From an uncultured Clostridia bacterium (lineage in GTDB: Bacteria; Bacillota; Clostridia; TANB77; CAG-508): 64,000 bases of DNA. The position numbers and the translations under genes are program-made. Positions within the stretch are counted from its first letter, which is position 1; the number at the start of each line of letters is the position of its first letter. The notes under the pieces were generated by a model. The model searched no databases. It saw only the letters and a program-made list of their open reading frames with translations, and had not been told where the DNA came from. The stretch is from assembly GCA_944388795.1 (NCBI GenBank), contig CALXKD010000001.1:16084-80083 (forward strand). The letters run 5' to 3'. Shown piece by piece: positions 19,643 through 31,461 of the stretch.

Positions 19643-21163
19643 ATGGAAAAATTAAAAAAGATAAATAAAAGATATTTACATATTAGTATCATTATATTCG
19701 GAATTGTGTTTATATTTTTATCAGCATTTCATGCAAATATATGGTTTGATGAAAGTTATTCAGTTGCTATTGCAAAACACAGTTTTAGTGAAATTTGGAC
19801 AATAACAGGAAATGATGTTCATCCACCATTATATTATTGGATGTTACATATTATATGGATGATTTTTGGAAATCAAGTAATGGTATTTAGATTATTTTCA
19901 GTTTTAGCAATTGCTATATTAGGGATTTTAGGATATACCCATATTAGAAAAGATTTTGGAGAAAAAGTAGGTATATTATTTTCGTTTTTAATCTATTTCT
20001 TACCAGTGATGTGTACATATAGTCAGGAAATTAGAATGTATTCATGGTCATGTTTAATTGTAACATTATTAGCAATATATGGGTATAGATTATATAAAAG
20101 TGTAAAAGATAAAAAAGAAGTAAAGCTACAAAATAAAAATTTGATTTTATTTGGGATTTTTAGTATAGCAGCATGTTATATTCATTACTATGCATTAGCA
20201 GTAGCTGGGATTATAAATTTCTTCTTATTGATATATTTCATTAAAAATAGAAAAGAAAATGCAAAAATATTGAGGAATTTTATTATATTAGCTGTTATAC
20301 AAATTATATTATATATTCCTTGGTTATTATACTTAAAAGGACAAGTTGCTCATGTAGAAGGTGGATTTTGGATTACATTTGGAATTAGCACATTGGTAGA
20401 GGTTCCAAGTTTTCAATTTAGAAGACAATTAGATTCAAACTTTGTCTTTGATGCTAATACCATTATTGCATTAGTAGCAGCTTTAGCAATGTATGTATAT
20501 GTTGGATATAGAATATATAAAGCCAAAAAAGAAAAAGAAGAAATGAAGCCAGGCGTATTAGCTCTTGTATTATATGTTCTTGTAATTATTGCAGTATTAA
20601 TGATATCATTTGCTATGAAGCAATCTATTTTATTTGCTAGATATTTATTAGTTATAACAGGATTATATGCATTTGGACTAGCCTTTTTTATGGCAAAGGA
20701 AAAAAGAAAATGGGTAACTATTGTTATATATGCGATTATATTCATTTTAGGATGCATTAGTAATGTTACTAATATTACTATAAATTATGATGATAGTAAC
20801 ATGAAACAAATTGAATATTTAAGAGAAAATATTAAGCCAGAGGATATTATTATATATTCCAATATAGGAAACGGTGGTGTTATAGCAGCATTTTTCCCAG
20901 ATAATAAGCAATATTTCTACAATGGCGGTTATTGGGATGTAGAAGAGGCATATAAAGCTTATGGACCAGGTATGGAAACTGTATATAGTTATGAGGATAT
21001 AATAAAAGATTATCATGGAAGAATTTGGTTAATTGATTCTGAAAATTGTGGATTATATAATGAATTTCCAAAAGAAGGTCTTAAAACTATTGTGGAGCCT
21101 ATAGAATTTAAAACCAAATATCAAAATTATACATATACAATGGTATTGTTAGAAAAAGAATAA
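19643..21163 (+). CDS. GT-C fold membrane glycosyltransferase (ArnT/PMT family-like)
   Basis: About 11 TM segments. DE motif in the first loop (WFDESYS). 506 aa. Confidence 0.55.
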   Translation: MEKLKKINKRYLHISIIIFGIVFIFLSAFHANIWFDESYSVAIAKHSFSEIWTITGNDVHPPLYYWMLHIIWMIFGNQVMVFRLFSVLAIAILGILGYTHIRKDFGEKVGILFSFLIYFLPVMCTYSQEIRMYSWSCLIVTLLAIYGYRLYKSVKDKKEVKLQNKNLILFGIFSIAACYIHYYALAVAGIINFFLLIYFIKNRKENAKILRNFIILAVIQIILYIPWLLYLKGQVAHVEGGFWITFGISTLVEVPSFQFRRQLDSNFVFDANTIIALVAALAMYVYVGYRIYKAKKEKEEMKPGVLALVLYVLVIIAVLMISFAMKQSILFARYLLVITGLYAFGLAFFMAKEKRKWVTIVIYAIIFILGCISNVTNITINYDDSNMKQIEYLRENIKPEDIIIYSNIGNGGVIAAFFPDNKQYFYNGGYWDVEEAYKAYGPGMETVYSYEDIIKDYHGRIWLIDSENCGLYNEFPKEGLKTIVEPIEFKTKYQNYTYTMVLLEKE

Positions 21164-21183
21164 GATAAAAGGAATCATAAAGG

Positions 21184-22536
21184 ATGAGAAAAAGTATAAG
21201 TGCAAAAGCATTAATTGTAAATATAATAACATTTGTTATTTTAATCATGGCGATATATTTTGCATATCAATTTTATCAACAAAATAATTTTAATGATTTT
21301 ATTAGAAGTGAAGCAAAATTAAATACATCAGAATTTAAAAGAGATGAAGAAGAAACCTATTCAGATATGAATAGTTATAAAATTACTTCAAGTGAATTTA
21401 ATGATGCGATGTTTTCTAAAGAAATTCAAGTAGAGAAAAATATACCATATAGAGTAACATGTATGATAAAAACAAAAGGTGTAGAAGCAGAAAAAAATGC
21501 CTCTAGCATAGGGGCACAAATCTCTATAGCAGATACAGTGGAAAGATCTGTTGCTATTAGTGGTGATAATGATTGGCAACAAGTGGAATTTATATTTAAT
21601 TCTAAAAATAGAGATACAGTTGATGTTGCTTTTCGATTAGGAGGAACAGAAGGATATGCAAAAGGTGAGGCATGGTTTTCCGATTTTAAAATAGAACAAG
21701 GAGAAATGGAAAAAGATAGTGATTGGAATTTTGCCTGTTTTATATTTGAAAATACAAATGTGAATATTGATAATCAACAAATAGAAATTCAAGTTACTGA
21801 TAGTGATATAACAGATATTAAAAATACAATTGCTAGATTTGAGGATTCTTGTAATGAGCTATCAGAAGAAAAAATGACAGCTGCATGTGATATATATGAA
21901 ATACAAGCACCAATTACCTCTTTATCTTATGATGAAGAGTTTGGATATTATGTGGCGCCAGAGGATATAGAAAATCAAATAAAAGATATTATTAATCAAA
22001 ATAACTATGATCATATTTTTGCTGTTGTAAGACTAGGAAATGAAGAATATGAAGATGATATTGAAATTAAAGACTGGATAGGATTGGGTTCTATGGATTA
22101 TTATGGTATAGGATTTTCTAATATTCGATTACCCAATAGCTCAAAAAGTTATATATATAAATATGATCGAAGAGTTAATCAATTTCCAGAAGAAGTATTT
22201 TTACATGAATTTTTGCATTCATTAGAAAGAACAGCTGAAGAATATGGATATACTGTTCCAGCTTTACATGATTATAAAGAATATGGATATGAAAATGAAT
22301 ATTTAGTAGGACAAAGACAATGGTATAAAGATTATATGAATCAAGAAATAAATACATCACAAGGATATGTGGGGCTACCAAATGAAATATATACATTAAA
22401 GCCTGCTAAAAAATCAAATTTTGATTATGCATTTGAGCTTAATGTATATCAGGAGCCACAAAATATCATTGAAGAAATTAGAGGTGTTTTTAATAATTTA
22501 TTTAGAAACATAAAATTATTATTAGGAAAAGTATAA
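21184..22536 (+). CDS. Membrane-anchored extracytoplasmic protein with HEXXH motif (LHEFLHSLE)
   Basis: N-terminal TM. No family recognised. Co-directional with the GT2 and GT-C genes. Confidence 0.35.
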   Translation: MRKSISAKALIVNIITFVILIMAIYFAYQFYQQNNFNDFIRSEAKLNTSEFKRDEEETYSDMNSYKITSSEFNDAMFSKEIQVEKNIPYRVTCMIKTKGVEAEKNASSIGAQISIADTVERSVAISGDNDWQQVEFIFNSKNRDTVDVAFRLGGTEGYAKGEAWFSDFKIEQGEMEKDSDWNFACFIFENTNVNIDNQQIEIQVTDSDITDIKNTIARFEDSCNELSEEKMTAACDIYEIQAPITSLSYDEEFGYYVAPEDIENQIKDIINQNNYDHIFAVVRLGNEEYEDDIEIKDWIGLGSMDYYGIGFSNIRLPNSSKSYIYKYDRRVNQFPEEVFLHEFLHSLERTAEEYGYTVPALHDYKEYGYENEYLVGQRQWYKDYMNQEINTSQGYVGLPNEIYTLKPAKKSNFDYAFELNVYQEPQNIIEEIRGVFNNLFRNIKLLLGKV

Positions 22537-22572
22537 AAAATAAGATTAGAATATAAATAAGGAGCAAACAAA

Positions 22573-23595
22573 GTGAAAGTATCAGAATTTAATTATGAAT
22601 TACCAGAAGAATTAATTGCACAAACACCAATAGAAAAAAGAGATGAATCTAGATTAATGGTTTTAGATAGAGATAAACAAACAATAGAACATAAAACCTT
22701 TAAGGATATTATTGATTATTTAGAACCAGGAGATTGTTTGGTTAGAAACAATACAAAGGTTATACCAGCAAGGATTTATGGAAAAAAAGAAACAGGAGCT
22801 CATGTAGAATTCTTATTATTAAAAAATATAGAAGGAGATATATGGGAAAGTATTGTAAGACCAGGAAATAAACTTCATGTGGGGACAAAGGTGATTTTTG
22901 GCGATGGGTTGTTAACAGCTCAAATTCTAGAAATTATGCCAGGAGGAACTAGAAAAGTTAAATTTACATATCAAGGTATTTTTAATGAAATCTTAGATAA
23001 AATTGGACTAATGCCATTACCACCATATATCCATGAAGAATTAAAAGATAATGACCGTTATCAAACGGTTTATGCAAAATATGATGGTTCAGCAGCTGCA
23101 CCAACAGCTGGGCTTCATTTCACACCAGAATTATTAAAAAAAATAGAAGAAAAAGGTGTGAAGATTGCAAATGTTACATTACATGTTGGAATAGGTACTT
23201 TTAGACCTGTAAAGGAAGAAAATGTAGAAAATCATGAAATGCATACAGAGCATTTTTATATAAAACAAGAAGATGTACAAAAAATCAATGAAACAAAAAA
23301 ACAAGGCAAAAAGGTTATTGCAGTTGGAACAACCTCTTGTAGAGTATTAGAAACGATTGCGGATGAAAATGGATTGGTAAAGGAAACAGAAGAAGATACA
23401 AGTATTTTTATTTATCCAGGATATCATTTCAAGTGTTTAGATGGATTAATTACCAATTTTCATTTACCACAATCAACATTATTAATGCTGGTTTCAGCAT
23501 TAGCAGGAAAAGACTATATCATGAAGGCATACAATGAAGCAGTTAAAGAAAAATATCGATTCTTTAGCTTTGGAGATGCCATGTTTATTAGGTAG
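22573..23595 (+). CDS. queA: S-adenosylmethionine:tRNA ribosyltransferase-isomerase
   Basis: 340 aa. [19 protein letters not shown]... canonical QueA. Confidence 0.95.
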   Translation: MKVSEFNYELPEELIAQTPIEKRDESRLMVLDRDKQTIEHKTFKDIIDYLEPGDCLVRNNTKVIPARIYGKKETGAHVEFLLLKNIEGDIWESIVRPGNKLHVGTKVIFGDGLLTAQILEIMPGGTRKVKFTYQGIFNEILDKIGLMPLPPYIHEELKDNDRYQTVYAKYDGSAAAPTAGLHFTPELLKKIEEKGVKIANVTLHVGIGTFRPVKEENVENHEMHTEHFYIKQEDVQKINETKKQGKKVIAVGTTSCRVLETIADENGLVKETEEDTSIFIYPGYHFKCLDGLITNFHLPQSTLLMLVSALAGKDYIMKAYNEAVKEKYRFFSFGDAMFIR

Positions 23596-23631
23596 AGAGC
23601 TACGAAAGAATGAAAACATAGGGGGATTTTT

Positions 23632-25359
23632 ATGTTAATAAAAGATATTGCCATGTTTCTTCCTAGAGGAATCGTATCAACAATTTTAAAGACGGTTAGG
23701 ACAGATATTGATAAAGTAGGAAAAGAACAGATTTTAAAAAATGGTTTATATCATATGACAACAGATGAAGAAACAGTTCAATTAATTCTTGATTCTGGAT
23801 ATCTTAAACCATCAACAGGGATATTGAAGAATTTGAATTCATATGGGACAGCAGCGGTATGTATGTTTAATGGTATACCAACAATGGAAGATTATATGAA
23901 AAATCTGGAAACAACAAAAGCATTTAATAATCCATTAATAACACCCAATATGGTGTTAAATGGCATTAAAATTTCTCCAACAGAAATGCGTGAGCTAGCG
24001 AATTATAAAGCAAGAAGTTTAGCAGATGATGTTATTATATATGAAGGATATTGCGTGCTTCCTAAAGAAGAAGTACAAGCTGTTAAATTGGTACCTGATT
24101 TAAATAGAGATGCTGTAACAAATGAGCCTATTGTGAATCCTAAAACAGGAGAATATGAAATTATATTTAGAGAGGCACAAGAAGCGGAATTAAGTCAAGA
24201 CAAAAAAACATATGAAGCAAAAGAGGATTATTTAAAATATGTAGAAACTGTGAAAAAGAAAATAGGGTATTTAGAAGGAAATCGTTTACCATCAAAAGCA
24301 ATAAATTCCTTTATTACACTGATGTATCAAGGAAAGCTTGAAGGTGATATGACAAAGAAATATTCTAAAAATATTTTTAAGTATATAAAAGAAGCCATTA
24401 AAAGATGGAGAACACCAAAATTAGAAATGTCAACAGATGAAAAAATATATACAGAGATAAAAGAATTTGATCATAAAAAGAAAAATCCATATAGAGATAG
24501 AAAATTTGGATTAGCAGTAGCTGATTTTCAAAAACAAGGATTGGAGCAATTAGAATTAAAAGACGAATTAGAGAAGATAACAACAGGAGAAATAGGAAAG
24601 TTTTTTAGAAGAAAAAACCAACAAATTGATAAAACGAATATCATTCAAAGAGGAATACATGGTATTCATCATAATGATAGAGTGGCAATGCTTTCTATGA
24701 TGATTGCAAGAAATGAAGGAATTTTAGAAGGTGATACAGATCATCGAACAAAAGATATATTATTAATGGCAGCATATGAACATGATATCGGTAGAAAAGT
24801 AGGAAAAATGACATTTAATATAGGTCCACATGCGAAAAGAAGTGCAAGAAAATTAAGAAAAATGGATGTGAAATATTTAAATGGACAACCTTATACTGAA
24901 GAAGATAAAAATATATTAAGAGCAGTTGTGGAGGCACATGAAGGTAAAGATGAGGCAATGGACCAAATATGTGAAAAATATCACATAAGTGAAGAAAATT
25001 TGGAATATACGAAAAAATTAATGAGGATATTGAAAGATGCAGATGCTCTAGATAGGGTAAGACTAGATTATAATACAGGGATTTTGATTACAGACTTAAA
25101 TCCTAAATATTTAAGAACAAATACAGCCAAAAGATTATTAAATGCATCATATCAGTTAGAAGGGTTAACAAATAAAGTATCTTTCGATAAAATTCTGGCA
25201 TATAAGACCGAAGAACAAACAGAGGGAGAAAGTAGACCGAAAGCATATAGGAGATTATTAGAATTTACACCAACTCCAAATAAATTAAATACTTTGGAAG
25301 AAAATAATAGAACAATGAGTAAAGAAAAGAAAAAATATGATTGGGAGCAGGAACAATAA
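23632..25359 (+). CDS. Large hypothetical protein with a C-terminal HD domain, inserted between queA and tgt
   Basis: HD motif GIHHNDRVAMLS...AAYEHDIGR. N-terminal 350 aa unrecognised. Confidence 0.45.
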   Translation: MLIKDIAMFLPRGIVSTILKTVRTDIDKVGKEQILKNGLYHMTTDEETVQLILDSGYLKPSTGILKNLNSYGTAAVCMFNGIPTMEDYMKNLETTKAFNNPLITPNMVLNGIKISPTEMRELANYKARSLADDVIIYEGYCVLPKEEVQAVKLVPDLNRDAVTNEPIVNPKTGEYEIIFREAQEAELSQDKKTYEAKEDYLKYVETVKKKIGYLEGNRLPSKAINSFITLMYQGKLEGDMTKKYSKNIFKYIKEAIKRWRTPKLEMSTDEKIYTEIKEFDHKKKNPYRDRKFGLAVADFQKQGLEQLELKDELEKITTGEIGKFFRRKNQQIDKTNIIQRGIHGIHHNDRVAMLSMMIARNEGILEGDTDHRTKDILLMAAYEHDIGRKVGKMTFNIGPHAKRSARKLRKMDVKYLNGQPYTEEDKNILRAVVEAHEGKDEAMDQICEKYHISEENLEYTKKLMRILKDADALDRVRLDYNTGILITDLNPKYLRTNTAKRLLNASYQLEGLTNKVSFDKILAYKTEEQTEGESRPKAYRRLLEFTPTPNKLNTLEENNRTMSKEKKKYDWEQEQ

Positions 25360-25427
25360 ATAAAAAACGATAAGCTATTAGAAAATGAAATTTGTCGTAG
25401 AGAACTATGAAATAATAAAGGGGAAAT

Positions 25428-25880
25428 TTGAAAATGAAAAAAATTTTAGAAAATAATAAAGTATATTATACAATTATAATAATTTGTATTCTTATCCTAG
25501 TAATCATCATGCTGACTGGAGGAATACAAGTAGGATTTACGATTAATGATAAAACAGTTGTAGATAATGGTGGGCCTTTAGAACCTAGTGATACAGGAAG
25601 CGTTTCTCATTCTGAAACAAAACTACTGATTGTAAATCTTGTCATAACATTAATTTTTATTATATTTTCAATATATAGTTATGTAACAGATAGTAAAAAT
25701 ACATTAAAATTAAAAATATTAGCAGTTATTTTGTTATTAGCTTTTTTAACACCAATATTTGCAGAAAGTAATTATGAAAATAAAATTACAATAGCCGGTG
25801 AAAGAGAAGATATGAGAACAGATCATGAAAACAATACAATGAGTTTAATTGAGAAATTATTAAATAGTAATAACCAATAG
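25428..25880 (+). CDS. Small membrane protein (3 TM), hypothetical
   Basis: Hydrophobic segments. No family. Confidence 0.35.
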   Translation: MKMKKILENNKVYYTIIIICILILVIIMLTGGIQVGFTINDKTVVDNGGPLEPSDTGSVSHSETKLLIVNLVITLIFIIFSIYSYVTDSKNTLKLKILAVILLLAFLTPIFAESNYENKITIAGEREDMRTDHENNTMSLIEKLLNSNNQ

Positions 25881-25949
25881 AGATATATAATTAGAAAATA
25901 ATCTATCAAATTTGCAAAATATTATAAGAATAAAAAAGAAAATATATAA

Positions 25950-27092
<1,143 letters not shown>

Positions 27093-27103
27093 GAGGGATA
27101 CAA

Positions 27104-28612
27104 ATGAACTTATTAGATGAAAATTATTCGAATAAAGAAGTCAATAATACCAAAAAAGTCATGAAGATTATTATTATAGCAATCATTATGGTTGTCATTG
27201 TAATTATAGGAATATTTGCATATATGATGTATTTAGAAAGTACAAATTTGAAGGTTATGATAAATGGTAGTCAGAATGCAGAGGTAGTTAATTTATTACA
27301 ATTTGAATCTGATGGAACAATATATGTGCCTGTAAGAAAAATAGCTTCTTATTTAAATTATAATTCATATAATGGTGAATATACAAATAAATCAGAGGAT
27401 TCTAGTAAATGCTATGTAGAATGTGAAGGTGAGGTAGCCAATCTTACATTAAATTCTAATAAAATATATAAATTAAATTTAGAGAATAAAAGTAGCAATT
27501 ATACATATGTATACATGGATAATCCTGTAAAAGCAATTAATGGAGAATTATATATTACCACTGATGGATTGCAAAAGGTATTTAATGTAACCTTTAATTA
27601 TAATCAAAATAATAATACCATATCTATTTATACAATGCCATATTTAATTAGTAGATATAATAGTACCATTTTAAATTATGGATATACAGCAATTAGTGAA
27701 AAATTTGAAAATCGTAAAGCAGTTGCAAAAGGTATGCTTGTTGTAACAAATGATAAGTATTTGGGAGTTATCGATCCACAAGATGGTACAGAAATTTTAG
27801 AGTGTAAATATGATGATATAACATATCAAGAAGCAACAGGAGATTTTATAGTATGTAGCAATAGTAAATATGGAATTATTGGTACAAACAAAGAAACAAA
27901 AGTAGATATTTCTTATGACAGTATCAGATTAATGGATTATGATGCAGGATTATATATTGTAGAAAGAAATGATAAGTATGGTGTTATAGATTTAGAAGGA
28001 AATAATGTTATCTATGCAGAAAATGATCAAATAGGTGTAGATATATCTAAGTTTGAAGAAAATGATTTAAAAACAGGATATATATTGGTAGGAAATCTAA
28101 TACCAGTTCAAAGAAATAAAAAATGGGGATTATTTGATAAGAATGGAAATCAGGTTGTGGCTTTTGAATATGATAGTTTTGGATATATAGCAAATAATAA
28201 TAGAGAGGCAATTAATTTATTGGTAATACCAGATTATGATGTTATTGTAGCTTGTTTAAATGAAAGATATACCTTAATCAATGCTTCTGGAGAACAAAGC
28301 TTTAAAGCCTTTGTAGATGATATATATATGACAATAAATGGTGGAGAAAAGAGCTATGTGATGATTGCCAATAACAGAACATATGATGTTGAAGAGTATT
28401 TAGATAGATTAGGAGTACAACCTACGACAAATACCCAAAATGAAGATAATTCAAATACAACGGCAAACACATCAACGAATGAAGTAAATACAACCATAGA
28501 AGATAATAACCAAGTAAATAATGAAACTGTAAATCAAGATAATCAAACTGATGAGGTGGAACCCAATACGGAGGAAACACCATCAGATAATGTGGAGGAA
28601 AATGCACAATAA
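27104..28612 (+). CDS. Membrane-anchored WG-beta-repeat (KWG/KYGVID) protein with an N/T/E-rich tail
   Basis: Repeated KYGVIDLEGN / KWGLFDKNGN units. N-terminal TM. Confidence 0.5.
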   Translation: MNLLDENYSNKEVNNTKKVMKIIIIAIIMVVIVIIGIFAYMMYLESTNLKVMINGSQNAEVVNLLQFESDGTIYVPVRKIASYLNYNSYNGEYTNKSEDSSKCYVECEGEVANLTLNSNKIYKLNLENKSSNYTYVYMDNPVKAINGELYITTDGLQKVFNVTFNYNQNNNTISIYTMPYLISRYNSTILNYGYTAISEKFENRKAVAKGMLVVTNDKYLGVIDPQDGTEILECKYDDITYQEATGDFIVCSNSKYGIIGTNKETKVDISYDSIRLMDYDAGLYIVERNDKYGVIDLEGNNVIYAENDQIGVDISKFEENDLKTGYILVGNLIPVQRNKKWGLFDKNGNQVVAFEYDSFGYIANNNREAINLLVIPDYDVIVACLNERYTLINASGEQSFKAFVDDIYMTINGGEKSYVMIANNRTYDVEEYLDRLGVQPTTNTQNEDNSNTTANTSTNEVNTTIEDNNQVNNETVNQDNQTDEVEPNTEETPSDNVEENAQ

Positions 28613-28755
28613 AATAAAGTAAACAATTTAGAGAATATTTACTTGAAAAGTAAGTATTCTCTATTTTTGACCAGTCATACTAATAGAAAAAAAATAAAAA
28701 ATAGTATATAAATATATATGGCATAAATTTATATAAAACTAGAAAGAGGGATAAG

Positions 28756-29691
28756 GTGAATAATATAAAAATATTGGCAAATAGTGCATATCTTCCTGAA
28801 AAAGAAATAAAAAATAATGAGCTAGAATCTGCATTGGGCTTGGAAAATGGTTATATAGAAAAAAGAACAGGAATACAAAATAGATATTATGCAGTAAATG
28901 AAACAATAGAAGATATGGCATTAAAAGCAGTTGAAAATCTTTTTTGTACTGCAGAAGAAAAACAAAATATAGGACTCATTATAGTAGCGACAACTAGTAC
29001 AAATATACTAATGCCAGGAATTGCAAATTATATTCAAAAAAATTTAGCATTACATCCTTGTATATGCTTAGATATATTATCTGGATGTAGTGGCTATATT
29101 AATGCATTTGATATTGCAAAACTATATATTGACTCTGGAAAGATAGAAAAAGCTTTGATTATTGGCGTAGATAAATTATCAGATATAATCGATAAAGAGG
29201 ATATAGGAACAGCAATTGTATTATCAGATGGAGCAGGAGCAACATTAATAGGAAAAGATAGTGATACAAATGACAAAAAAATATATATGTCCAATATAGA
29301 AGCAGATGGAAAACAGAATGATATATTAACTTATCGTTATGGAAAAAGATTATATATGAATGGAAAAGAAGTATATAAATATGCAGTTACAAAAACGGTG
29401 GATAATATAAAAAAATTATTAAATACAGCAAATTTAACATTAGAAGATATAAAATATATCATTCCACATCAGTCCAATTTAAAAATAATGAAAGCGATAT
29501 CCTCAAGATTACATATAAAAAAGGAAAAAATGTATGCGGATATACAAGAAAGAGGAAATACATTTTGTGCCAGTATACCGATTGCTTTATATGATATGCA
29601 AAAGGATAATCTTTTACAAAAAGGAGATAAAGTAATTTTATTGGGATATGGTGGAGGATTAAATACTGGTAGTATAGTAATAGAAATATAA
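28756..29691 (+). CDS. fabH: 3-oxoacyl-ACP synthase III (KAS III)
   Basis: Active-site Cys (SGCSGY), His (HQSN) and Asn (GGGLNTG). GTG start. Confidence 0.8.
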   Translation: MNNIKILANSAYLPEKEIKNNELESALGLENGYIEKRTGIQNRYYAVNETIEDMALKAVENLFCTAEEKQNIGLIIVATTSTNILMPGIANYIQKNLALHPCICLDILSGCSGYINAFDIAKLYIDSGKIEKALIIGVDKLSDIIDKEDIGTAIVLSDGAGATLIGKDSDTNDKKIYMSNIEADGKQNDILTYRYGKRLYMNGKEVYKYAVTKTVDNIKKLLNTANLTLEDIKYIIPHQSNLKIMKAISSRLHIKKEKMYADIQERGNTFCASIPIALYDMQKDNLLQKGDKVILLGYGGGLNTGSIVIEI

Positions 29692-29720
29692 ATATAATTT
29701 ATAAAAAGGAGAAGAAAAAG

Positions 29721-30656
29721 ATGAAAAGAGCGTTTTTATTTCCAGGACAAGGAGCACAAATAGTAGGAATGGGAAAAGATATCTATGAAAAATATGATGA
29801 GGCTAAGAAAATATATGATGAGGCTTCAAAAATATCTGGAATAGATGTGAGAAAACTTTGTTTTGAAGGACCAGAAGAGGATTTAAATAAGACAGAAAAT
29901 ACACAAATCGCTATATTAACAACAAGCTTAGCAATATTAGAGGTGTTAAAAGCAAAGGGAATTGAAGCAGATATTGCAACAGGTCTAAGCTTAGGTGAAT
30001 ATGGAGCATTGATTTATGCAGGGATTATTAGTTTTGAGGATGGAATTCAATTAATTCAAAAAAGAGGATACTATATGGGAAATCTTTTACCTGATGAAAA
30101 ATTTTCTATGGCAGCAGTTATAGGATTAGATTCACAAAAAATAGAAGAAGTTTGCAAAGAAATAGAGCAAACAGGTAAATTTATTGTGGTTGCAAACTAT
30201 AATTGTAGTGTGCAAACGGTTGTATCTGGAGAAGAAGAAGCAATCAATGAAGCTATGGAAAAATTAAAGGAAGCAGGAGCAAAAAGAGTTCTAAAATTAA
30301 ATACAAGTGGACCATTTCACACAAGAAAATTAGAAAAAGCAAAAGAAGCTTATGCTAAAGAGTTAGAAAAGGTCGATTTCCAGATAAAAAATAAAGTAAA
30401 AGTTATTAAAAATATTGATGGTACATATTATACGGAAAATGACAATATAAAGGAAATCTTAGCAAATCATATCATAAGTCCTGTAAGATTTGATAAAGCA
30501 ATCAAATTAATGGAGCAAGAAAATGTAGAGGAATATGTAGAAATTGGACCAGGAAGAACATTAACAGGATTTGTGAAAAAGGAAAATAAAGAGGCAAATA
30601 CATTTAATATAAATACTGTAGAAAGTTTAGAAGCATATTTAGAAGAACATATATAA
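29721..30656 (+). CDS. fabD: Malonyl-CoA:ACP transacylase
   Basis: FPGQGAQ; nucleophile elbow GLSLGEY (Leu in place of the usual His). Confidence 0.85.
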   Translation: MKRAFLFPGQGAQIVGMGKDIYEKYDEAKKIYDEASKISGIDVRKLCFEGPEEDLNKTENTQIAILTTSLAILEVLKAKGIEADIATGLSLGEYGALIYAGIISFEDGIQLIQKRGYYMGNLLPDEKFSMAAVIGLDSQKIEEVCKEIEQTGKFIVVANYNCSVQTVVSGEEEAINEAMEKLKEAGAKRVLKLNTSGPFHTRKLEKAKEAYAKELEKVDFQIKNKVKVIKNIDGTYYTENDNIKEILANHIISPVRFDKAIKLMEQENVEEYVEIGPGRTLTGFVKKENKEANTFNINTVESLEAYLEEHI

Positions 30657-30706
30657 TATGTACATAAATATATAATCAAATCATAAAAAAGAAAGGAAGA
30701 AGGAAA

Positions 30707-31447
30707 ATGGAGGAAAATAAAACTGTATTTGTGACAGGTGGTTCAAGAGGAATTGGAAAAGAAGTAGCTTTGAAATTTGCAGAAAATGGATATAATGTTG
30801 TTATTAATTATGTTTCAAGTAACACGGATGTAGAAGCATTAAAGTCTGAATTTGAAGGTAAAGGTGTAAAGGCATTGATTATGCAAGCAGATGTAACAGA
30901 TAAAACTGCAATTGAAGAATTGGTAAAAAAAGCAATTGAGGGATTTGGAGCAATAGATGTATTAGTCAATAATGCGGGAATTACAAGAGATAATTTACTA
31001 ATGAGAATGAGTGAGGAAGAATTTGATAAAGTAATTGAAATTAATTTAAAAGGAACATATATTGTGACAAAAGCAGTTACAAAATATATGATGAAAAAAA
31101 GAAAAGGTAGTATCATTAATTTATCATCAGTTGTTGGTGTTGCAGGAAATGCTGGACAATGTAATTATGCAGCATCAAAAGCAGGTATTATCGGATTTAC
31201 AAAAAGTATAGCAAAAGAATTAGCATCAAGAAATATAAGATCAAATGCAGTAGCACCAGGATTTATAGAAACAGATATGACAGCTGTTTTATCTGATGAA
31301 ATAAAAGAGAATATACACAATCAAATACCATTAAAAAGAATGGGAACAGCAAAAGAAGTGGCAAATTTAATCTATTTCTTGGGATCAGATGAGAGTGCAT
31401 ATATAACTGGTCAAGTAATTAATATAGATGGTGGAATGGTAATGTAG
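30707..31447 (+). CDS. fabG: 3-oxoacyl-ACP reductase (SDR)
   Basis: TGGSRGIG, NAG, YxxxK (YAASKAG). Confidence 0.9.
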   Translation: MEENKTVFVTGGSRGIGKEVALKFAENGYNVVINYVSSNTDVEALKSEFEGKGVKALIMQADVTDKTAIEELVKKAIEGFGAIDVLVNNAGITRDNLLMRMSEEEFDKVIEINLKGTYIVTKAVTKYMMKKRKGSIINLSSVVGVAGNAGQCNYAASKAGIIGFTKSIAKELASRNIRSNAVAPGFIETDMTAVLSDEIKENIHNQIPLKRMGTAKEVANLIYFLGSDESAYITGQVINIDGGMVM

Positions 31448-31461
31448 AAAGGAAGAGGAAA

